Shown here: piece after piece, positions 54,636-64,000 of the stretch
Layout of the letters: each line of letters opens with the position of its first letter
Position numbering within the stretch: the first letter of the stretch is position 1
Source of the DNA: Octopus vulgaris
Taxonomy: Eukaryota
Assembly (NCBI GenBank): GCA_951406725.2
Contig: OX597828.1
Span: 75,578,001 to 75,642,000 of the forward strand
Direction: 5' to 3'
Length of the DNA stretch: 64,000 nucleotides
Notes under the pieces: model-generated
What the model was told of the DNA's origin: nothing
Databases searched by the model: none
What the model saw: the letters and a program-made list of their open reading frames with translations, nothing else
Made by a program: the position numbers and the translations under genes

Positions 54636-55197
54636 TGTATGTGGGATTTAAAACAAAATATTAAAAGAATATCCTTGAAAGAAATAAGGTAACTCTTTAC
54701 TCTTTGTGCGTGTAGGGGTCTGTCACTTTGTGAATTATTTCGAGATTGAGTGGCGGTGCCATAACACTTCGGGGTCTCAAATTGTATGTTTGAATGTATG
54801 TACATATATATTACAATGTGTAATGAACTAAGATTATTAAGAACTTAATTAAGGCTTCACTGCTGGGAGTTAAGTTATTTTCCATAGATTATTTAAGTAT
54901 ACAACGATTGCTGATGAAAAAACGTTCGAGGAACAATGCATTCAAAAGTAGGCCCTACTCGTTACAAACATTTCTATTAGTTTTGTCTGGAACTAATAAC
55001 AGAGAAAAAACAACAACAAGAAAAATAGGGTGAGGAGGTAAGGATCAGGCTGAGTGGTAAGAATGTTAATGATATCCAATTATGTTACAGGCCGTCCTTT
55101 AACTTTTACTGGCCGTCTTTTTTAACCTTTTATGATTCTACAACGATTTTTGCATTATTTTACGTATGAATTTGTAATTTTATGTTATATAAAATAA

Positions 55198-55480
55198 AAC
55201 GCAATATATAAAATCATAACCGACAACAACTTTTGACATCCCAAAATCTACATAGGCTGTACTGGACCGCAGGTGATGGACAGACAAAAATAAGGAAAAC
55301 CAACAGATTATCCAAGCTGTTTCTGTTCCTGTCACAAAGTATCTAAGGGAAAGCTTCCAGAATAATGCCACTGTCATGAAAGCAGTTAAAGTGAATATCC
55401 TAAACGAGACACTGGAAAGAAGAATGTGTCGTCAACGTGGCGGACGGATAAAAAAACTTCTACTTGTATTAATGCGGTTA
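55198..55480 (+). pseudogene. Possible Penelope GIY-YIG endonuclease remnant
   Basis: NAIYKIITDNNF*HPKIYIGCTG, then RLSKL and RMCR in other frames. A weaker similar remnant (AKVKMTTDVNRQQIYIGAS...LSKQ) lies at ~49300-49390. Confidence 0.45.
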
Positions 55481-56077
55481 TACATATTTGGATAGGATCT
55501 GCGTGTGAAAAAAGAGTGAGAGGTTTAAACTCATCAAGAAATTTGATTCAGATGGGAAATGACTCCTTAACATAACAATTCGTAGAACGCAGTTTATTCC
55601 AATGTAAGTTTAGCTGATATGATATCGCAATGTTTGCAGAGTTTAGTGCAAAGCATAGGCAAAGAGATAAAGATTTATTAGAAATATCAGAACAATTGCA
55701 CGTGGGTTCCATTCGATGCACGCAACACGTCTAGCTGATGCTCAATTTCTATTGTAAAGATGGTGTATGATCACCGTGTGGGTACATAGACATTCATTTT
55801 ATGTGTACATGTATGTATATATAAATATATACGATAACGTTTAATAAATTAAGAGTAATAAGAAATTCGCTTAAGCAATCCTAAACTACAGGCAGCTGCT
55901 TGAAATATTTTTCCATAGATTGTTTAAATACACAGTGATTGTTGATCAGAAACCTTCAAAAACGGTTGCCATCTAAAGAAAATCGTATTCTTTAGAAAAA
56001 ATTTCTGTTAGAATTGCCTGGAACTAATAAAAGAGAAATAATAACAACATCAAGAAAATTAGGGAATGGAGGTAACT

Positions 56078-56248
56078 AGGTGCAGGATTGGCTGTGTGGT
56101 AAGGAGCTTGCTTTACAACCACATCGCTGCAGGTTCAGCCTCACTGTTTGGTGGCTCGAGCAAGTGTCTTCTGCAATAGCCCGTGAACGACAAATGGCTG
56201 AGAGAATCTGGTTGATGGAAACTGAAAGAAGCCTGTCGTGAGTATGTG
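56078..56248 (+). mobile_element. SINE family B 5' half; a paralogous head lies at 57230-57392
   Basis: GGTGCAGGATTGGCTGTGTGGTAAGGAGCTTGC...GAGCAAGTGTCTT...GGAAACTGAAAGAAGCC. Confidence 0.8.
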
Positions 56249-57002
56249 TACGAGGTTGTATCAAACATTTTGCCGGACTAGTTCTGTAGCGAGTCAAGAT
56301 ATTGCAGACACTGTTGCTTACGCAGTGTGAGGTAGCATTGACTTTCATGAAGCAGCGTGGCGTTGACATCGCCGTTGTGGTTTCTTCGGAAGTTTTCAAA
56401 TGTGTGTTTTCGTGATCACTTACATGCAGTTGTCGGGGATATTGTTATTGAACTTAAACTTGGGAAGACTTCTAGAGAGACATTGAGCAGGCTTCGGCAG
56501 GTTTACGGCGACGAGGCAATGGGCCGTATGGAAGGTTTCGAGTGGCACGGGCACTTCAAAAAGCGAAAGTCCGTCACTAGGAGGAAATGAGCAATTTGGA
56601 AGAGCTGCCACGAGCGTCACCCACGGAAATGTGGAGGAAAACTTCTCAGCTTATGCATGCGTATCATCAGCGGTCAATCAAATGACATTGCTTATGTTGT
56701 TGGTCGGTCGTATGAGATGGTGCAATCAAGCCCAACGTGTGAATTGAATATGTGGGGTATCTTTGCAATGTTTCTCCCCCACCTGATGATTACCGAAAAG
56801 AAAGAACATCGTGTCTAAGTTTCCTAAGTTCGTCGTCAATGTGCCGACACATCCTTCGTCACCTGTGACGAGAGTTTGATCTATGGGCACGGCCGAGGTA
56901 GGCACGACAGAGCTCCTATTCCATCAAGAGATGCTCATCGTTTGTTTCGACATCCGGGGTATTGTGCATCGAGAATTTGTCCCCCAGTGGCAAACCGTCA
57001 AC
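56249..57002 (+). pseudogene. Mariner left TIR plus transposase N-terminal half
   Basis: TA-CGAGGTTGTATCAAAC TIR; KLGKTSRETLSRLRQVYGDEAMGRMEGFEWHGHFK; VTCDESLIYG (first catalytic D); MLIVCFDIRGIVHREFVPQWQTVN, then truncated. Confidence 0.88.
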
Positions 57003-58509
57003 ACAACAAATTAACAGTATTATTCCTAAAATGCATGTAGTTTAGTTTCAGACATTGATATATTATTTAATAAGGCAACCACCGACGTCCCAAAGTCTTT
57101 AAAGACACATACCATCTAAAGAAAACCTGGCTAATTGAAAAAAAAGTTGGGATAGAATTGTCTGGAACCAAGGAAAGAGGAAAGATAACAAACAAAAATG
57201 TAAAAGAAAAAGATGGCGAGGAAGCGGATAAGTGCAACCATGACCACGTTGTAAGGCGTTTGCTTCGCAACTGCATCGCTTCCGGTTCCGGGTCGTTTCC
57301 TGGTGACTTGAGCAAGTGCTTTTACTATAGTTGTAGGCCGACCAATGGCTTTTGAGTGAATTTGAGTGAGGGAAACTGAAAGAAGCCCGTCTTGTCTATG
57401 TTTCTGTGTGTTATTTAAAACAAAATTTTAAAACAACATTCTAAAAAGAAATAAAGTAGTCTTTACAGTATGTGCATTTGTGTGTGTGTGCGTGTGCGTT
57501 TGTATGTGTGTGGTGTGTGTATATGTGTGTGTGTGTGTGTGTTGCGTGTATGTGTGTGTGTTTGTGTGTGTGCGTGTGTGTGTGTGTGCGTCAGTTTGTG
57601 AATTAGTTCGAGATGGCGTTGGAGTGCCAAAATACTTTGGGAATCGCAATAAAAGGAAGATCTTTGACCTTGCTGAAATACTTGCTACAAACTGGACTAC
57701 AATCGTGCACCACAATGGCGCCACTGTCCATTCCATTAGCTTAATCACACCTTTGAAAACATGAGACTATTGTTATGAGGAATGTTGCACCTGGAAATGT
57801 GTTAGATATGCTTAAAAGCCGATCATTTTATGAAGTAATATATTAAAGAAAGTATTATAACGTAAAGAGTCAGACAAGAACGTGTTCACAGGTAAAATGA
57901 GCCACGATACATAAAATACAATTGGTTAAACAATAACGTCGAACTGAACCGTTCCTACTTGAAAGACAACATAGTATTTCATGATGGCAATTATGTTAGT
58001 GGCCGTCTATATTTATTTGCAGTAAATTGCGTTCACTTTGGGCTACAGATCCAAGCCTAACATTACAATGACTCAGATATTAAGATTATTTTAATCCGAT
58101 CTACGTGAGAGCAAGCTGCATTTTTTTAGCAACCTTAAATTAACGGAACATGACCTCAGGACAATAGAGAAGATAAGAGAGAGAAAACAGGGAGAGAGAA
58201 TGAGAGATTCTCCTAGAATGACAGGGATAAAACCTGAGGACAGTAGACGAGACGCAAAAGAAAGGGAGAGAGAGAGAGAGAGAGAGAGAGTGAGAGAGAG
58301 AGAGTACTTACACTAGAAGTGACAAGAGCAACAATACCAGCAACGTGAAATAATATATCTTTTACGAAAGTAAAATGAGAAAACTTATTTCAGTTTTTGT
58401 TGTTTTTGTTAAAGATATATTATGAGAAAAAAAAACCCCAATAATTCTCACAAAAAAACTAAGAATATAAAAATCTTTTCACCTGATAATTACCTGAGTA
58501 TTTACTTGA

Positions 58510-59520
58510 TAGTGGTGGTGGTGCGACAGGTGGGAGAGGTGATGATGGAAGTGGTGTTAGTAGCATTAATAGGAGTGAACTAATTTGGTGGGAAATAAGT
58601 GAAGGAATGACATCCATTTAGTGACATCACAAGTTTGGTGGAGATATAAATTATAGGGTCTTTTAAGGAGGCGTTGGGGGTGGGTGGTGTTGGTGATGGC
58701 GATAGAGAAGGCGGTCTCGTCGAAGGTAGCGTAGTTGATGCAGATGGTGATACTAGTGGCGGTGGTGGAGTGGTTGGTGATAGTAATGGTATTGCTGTTG
58801 GTGGTGGGGAGGATGGTGTGGTTAGTGTTGATGGTAGTGGTGCTAGTAGTGATGGTGGTGGTGGTGTAGGTCATGGTGGTGCTAGTAGCAGTGATGTTAG
58901 TAGTGGAGGCGCTGGTGGTTATGGGTGTTGGTGGTGGTAGTGCTTGTAGTAGTAGTGGTGGCGGTAGTGGTGGTGGTGGTGGTTGTTGAATGTGGTGGCG
59001 CTGGTAGTGGTGGTGACAATAGTGTTGGTAGTGGTAATGGTGATGGTAGTGGTGTTGGAAGTTTTGGTAGTGATGTTGCTGTTGGTAGTAGTAGTAGTAG
59101 TAGACCTGTTGGTAGTAGTGGTGGTGGTGGTGGTGGTGGTGGTGGTATTGGTAGCAGTGCTGTTGGTGATGATAATAATGTTTTGGCGGGTGTCGGTAGT
59201 GAGGATTGGTGCCATAATGCAATGGTGGTCTTGTTGGTAATACTGAACGTGTTGGTTGGCGTTAAAAACGGTGGTGGCATTGCGAGTGTGCGAGTATAGG
59301 TGCTAGTATAAGTGGTGGTTCAGTCGACGTTGATATTGGTAATGCTGCAGTTGGTACAGATGAAGCTGGTGGTCGTGTGGGCGGTGTTGTTGGCAGTGCC
59401 GTTGCTATAGGTAATGCTAATGTTGTTTGAGGCGATAACATTGTTATTGTTGTTGATGATGATGATGGAAATCATAATAGTGTTGACGCTAGCGACGACG
59501 ACGATGATGATGATGATTTT
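58510..59520. repeat. (GGT/GTA/GAT)-rich low-complexity tract
   Basis: Direct reading; gives G/V- and H/T/P-rich ORFs in all frames. Confidence 0.9.
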
Positions 59521-59869
59521 TGCACGTTTGCATCTCATTCTAAAGATTTGGGTCAATGCTATTTCGTAATCCCACTCAAAGACATTCTGTCAAAAGTGAA
59601 GATATAATTACACAGGCATCCATACTTCTCGCATATCATCGACCATCGCCATCGCTTATCTCTATCTCTATCTATTGCTCTGTATTTTGTTTTTGCATTT
59701 GTTCTTCTCTGCAAATGAGTTTAAAGGACAGCATTTGATTGTGTCCTTTTTGTTCACTATTATTATTATTATCATTATTATTATTATATCCCTAACCAGT
59801 TGTACTGCCTCCCTCATCCTGCGCCCTGGTACCAAATAAAAGAAATCGTCGTCATCATCATTATTATTA

Positions 59870-59900
<31 letters not shown>

Positions 59901-60431
59901 AGATGTTTTTAATGCCTTCTGGGTGTGGTATAATAGGGATGCTAGCTAGATATTTGTTGCTCTTGTTGATGTCATTACATTGGTGACAAATGGAATTTTT
60001 CTTTTACCCCCACAATAATGTCAAAAGGAATAACCTTTTAGTACATAGAACTTACAAACACACACACACACACACACAGACTCAGACACACACACATACA
60101 CAGATACAGACACATACACACACACAACAAGAAACAAAAACCATAAAATAGGCCAACAACAACATTAAAAAGTATGAGAGAAAAAATATCCAACTTGCAC
60201 AAAGACTTGGTACAGAAATGCCAAACTTAGAACCTAGTCTTAGTAATTTCTCGTGACAGATGTTCGGAATTGTTCGCCATGTCAGTAACTGCCATTTGAA
60301 CAAAAGTAAACAATAAAGCAAAGAAATGGATGTAAAAGACAAAAAATAATAAATATATAGACATAAAAAAAAAGAGTAAATCAAATCGAACAAGTGGTAA
60401 ACAACAGCGGATGATGATATAGATGGTTTCT

Positions 60432-60900
60432 TCAGGCGACAAGCTGGCAGAATCGTTAGCACGCCGGGCGAGATTCTTAGCGGTATTTCGTCTGCCTTTA
60501 CGTTCTGAGTTCAAAATTCCGCCGAGGTCGACTTTGCCTTTCATCCTTTCGGGGTCGATTAAATAAGTACCAGTTACGCACTGTGGTCGATATAATCGAC
60601 TTAATCCGTGTGTCTGTCCTTGTTTGTCCCCTCTTTGTTTAGCCCCTTGTGTGCAGTAAAAAAATAGGTATTTCTTTACTACCCACAAGGGGCTAAACAC
60701 AGCAGGGAGAAACAAGGACAGACAAACGGATTAAGTCGATTATATCCACCCCAGTGCGTAACTGGTACTTATTTAATCGACCCCGAAAGGCTGAAAGGCA
60801 AAGTCGAATTCGGCGGAATTAGAACTCAGAACGTAACGGCAGACGAAATACCGCTAAGCATTTCACCCAGCGTACTAACGATTCTGCTTTCTCGTCGCCT

Positions 60901-60902
<2 letters not shown>
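60432..60902. mobile_element. Tail-to-tail inverted pair of SINE family A copies (~235-bp arms, essentially no spacer)
   Basis: Plus copy 60432-~60670 and minus copy ~60670-60902 meet at AAAATAGGTATTTCTTTACT. Confidence 0.92.
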
Positions 60903-60985
<83 letters not shown>

Positions 60986-60987
60986 TA

Positions 60988-61025
<38 letters not shown>

Positions 61026-61100
61026 ATAATAATAATTATACTACTACTACTAATAATAATAATAATAATAATAATACTACTAATAATAATGATAATAATA
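60902..61100. repeat. (TAC)n/(TAA)n compound microsatellite
   Basis: Direct reading. Confidence 0.95.
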
Positions 61101-62544
61101 AAGTTGTTTTCAACAGTCCTAGAACTTCGGAGAATGGGACCTTAGTGGATGAAATCCCCTCTGGTATTCTCTTTTATTGAACTCAGATGGATGAACTCAC
61201 AATGTAAAGAACAAGAACAAAATACCGCAAAACAGTTTGAGCAAAGCTCTAAAGATTCTGTCAAACAAGCATCATGATGATGGTGTCATTTTTTCGAATC
61301 AAAGAGTCCAAATTATGGACAGAAGCAAGACAATATACAAAGGAAATATTTTAAAAACAGGGGCGGGGTCGTGGCGGTCGGTGTTACATCATGTAAATGG
61401 ATTATTAATGTATAGGAAAACTGATGAAGGGCACTTCTGCCACGCCCACCCCATCGATAATTATCGTGAAACCCGATAAACCAGCAACTAGATAATCACG
61501 CACATACACACACGGTATGAAAATATAAACTTATGTATGTACTTTATAGATATACGTTATTTGCGTACATACAGACAAGCGACCCCCCCTCCACACACAC
61601 ACTCTCTCTCTCTCTCATATGTCTATACATATAAATTTGACATGGGCGATTCTTTCTTGTCTTGGTATTCACGGTCAAACGGCTGGGTGGAATTACGCAG
61701 GTGTGCAGAATGATCCGGTGGTGTTGCTGGGCTTTGTATTTTTCCATAGCTTACCGAGATAATCTGCTATAATAATACTCTTGTGTTTATGAATGAGAAA
61801 GGGAGGGGTGATAGATGAATAAGGAAGGAATTGGTAATGCCGTATTTGGTAGTGGTATGATGAAAATTGTAAGCTGAAAGAATAAATCAAACAGCGTTTC
61901 AACTCTATGTAAATTTGTGTATATGTAAAAGGAGGGTATGTGAATGCGTGTGTGTATGTGTGTGTGCACGTGCGCATGGCAGGGGGATGGTTCATCTTTG
62001 TTCGCTTAGTATTTGGGTTTGTTTATTGATTTGGTTGAATTTTGGTTGATTTTTTTTTTTTTGTTGATCAGTTATTATTAGCGTTTTGACAGAAAAAATT
62101 CATTCTGAAATTGTTTTTTAACGTACACGTGCCCAAACAAGTCGAATGGTTATACAGAGCAGGTTTTACAGCCGCATCATCCAAACCAACCGGGTCAAAA
62201 CGGGCTTAGCTGCTAGTATATCTACATATATATACATATGTAAATTTATACAAGAAGATGGATTAAACAGGCCTTAAATACAAGCTTTAAATAGGGTGGC
62301 AACAGTTGCGAGTTGCTAAGTTTTCGGTCTCATACCGTTACATAAATTATTTTCTAAATATTTACGTAAATGAATATGATCCAGTAGCAGCCGTTTGCCG
62401 GTACTTCATCAGGTAGGCTGCTTTCAAGACTCGGCTTTAAAAGCAACAAACCTAAGAACTCCAGATGGTAACAGATAACAGTATCGAAGCTTTTAAATGC
62501 ATGTTATGAAGTTTGTTACTCAGATAACCGGATAATATTGAACA

Positions 62545-62878
62545 TATGTGTGATAAGAAGCTTATTTCCTAATCGCATGGTCCCGGGTCCAATCCCACTG
62601 CAAGTCAACTTGGGAAAGTGTCTTCTACTATAGCCTCTGGCCGAGTAGATTTGGTACGCGTGGAAAATGAAAGAAGCGTGTAGCATATACATATATATAT
62701 GTGTGTGTGTGTGTGTGTGCCTTTATGTCCTTACTTGCCCCCCCACTACCGCTTGTCAATTGGTGTGTTAACGTTCCTGTAATTTAGCGGTTCGGCAAAA
62801 TAAATCGATTTGTTTGACTAAATTCTCATCAAGGCGGTGCTCCAGCATAGCCCTGGTATAATGACTGAAGCAAGCAAA
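62545..62878 (+). mobile_element. Decayed SINE family B copy
   Basis: GGGTCCAATCCCACTGC...AAGTGTCTTCTACTATAGCCT...TTAGCGGTTCGGCAAAA...GGCGGTGCTCCAGCAT. Confidence 0.8.
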
Positions 62879-62888
62879 ATATTGTGTG

Positions 62889-62975
<87 letters not shown>

Positions 62976-63384
62976 ACACACACACACACACAAACAATTT
63001 CAGCGGGACAAAATTCAGTGAACAGGTCGAGGTCTCAAAGCGACGAAAATATTTTGGCAAATTAAATTTAAATGTTGAAGTGAATCTAACGGTTTTTGTG
63101 TGTTTTTAAATAGCTTATAAACACCTTCCACACTTTGTTTCAGCACACGATCTCAGATTAGGTCACTTGCTATGCAAGTACATCTTTTTTTAAAATTTTG
63201 TTTGTTGACTGTTTTTTCATTTATAGTTATGGAGGTATATTTTGTTGTTGCTGCCATGCTGTTTACAAATCTCCGATGCGAAACAGAGAATGTCAAAAAA
63301 AAAATGACCCGACTTTCTCTTATTTACTGGTGATTATCTTCAGAACACAGCAAAAGAAAAATAATGGTAATTGTTTAAAATTTT

Positions 63385-63570
63385 TGACACAAGGCAAACA
63401 ATTTCAAAGCAAGGGTCGTCGCTTACATCGACCCAAGTAATGGACTGGCATTTCTATTGACCTCCAGAGAGATGAAGCAGAAATGTTGACCACAACGAGA
63501 TTTGAACTCAGAACGCAAAATGCCGGAACAGGTGCCGCAGGGAATGTTTTTCGACACGCTAACGATTTTT
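63385..63570 (-). mobile_element. Decayed SINE family A copy
   Basis: TTACATCGACCC...GATTTGAACTCAGAACG...GCTAACGATT. Confidence 0.7.
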
Positions 63571-64000
63571 CTTCAATATCGTCTGAGTTATAAAAAAACA
63601 ATAAAAGACAAAAAAAATACGTAGCAATATGTGTTTGTGTGTGTGTGCGTGCGTACTTATGCACGTTTATATGTATGTAGACATATGTGTATATATGTTT
63701 GATTTATGTCTCCCTCACGTACATATCTATGTGTGTGTATACACACACACACACAAACAGAACCTAACTAAACCATATAGATATTTAAAACTCTTCAAGT
63801 AGAACAGTTTATGTCTTGTTACTATTGTTAGAAATTGGACGTTGTGTTGGTTGATCGCTAAAATGTTGCCTTCTGGGAAATCTTCAAAGAATACAAACGT
63901 TATGCAAACTTTACTGTTTGAACATTTATTAACACCGCATCAAAAGGACCCTGATTAAAAGCCGCGCCAGGTTCTTAATGCCGCTTGAGCACAAACATGA

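Noticed and set aside
58566-59299. His/Thr/Pro- or Gly/Val-rich ORFs
   Set aside because: GGT/GTA trinucleotide low complexity open on both strands.
60432-60530. tRNA gene candidates (box A/B motifs here and in other SINE heads)
   Set aside because: These are tRNA-derived SINE heads without a complete cloverleaf.

Overview
AT-rich, repeat-saturated eukaryotic DNA with no host protein-coding exon that I can support, so probably a large intron or intergenic region. Almost all listed ORFs are microsatellite translation artefacts. The repeat complement looks like an Octopus (coleoid cephalopod) genome; this is from recalled repeat families, not a search. It consists of long TA/CA/AAT/GATA microsatellites, three tRNA-headed SINE families, RLE-type and RTE LINE fragments, mariner/hAT/Tigger-like MITEs, Helitron/Helentron-like elements and Penelope remnants. 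The only long real coding stretch is a 5'-truncated R4/Dong-like non-LTR retrotransposon inserted in a (TAA)n tract (16124-17408), with several older or shorter relatives nearby. The most unusual structures are: (i) a mariner transposase whose two complementary halves lie in swapped order inside an ancient local duplication that also keeps an empty-site paralog (53.8-57.7 kb); (ii) a 283-bp, ~96% identical inverted copy of nearby DNA fused to a Helitron-like 5' end; (iii) a spacerless tail-to-tail SINE palindrome and other long hairpins, which are potential dsRNA/ADAR/small-RNA substrates; (iv) degenerate hammerhead-ribozyme motifs. I found no evidence of a novel multi-gene system.
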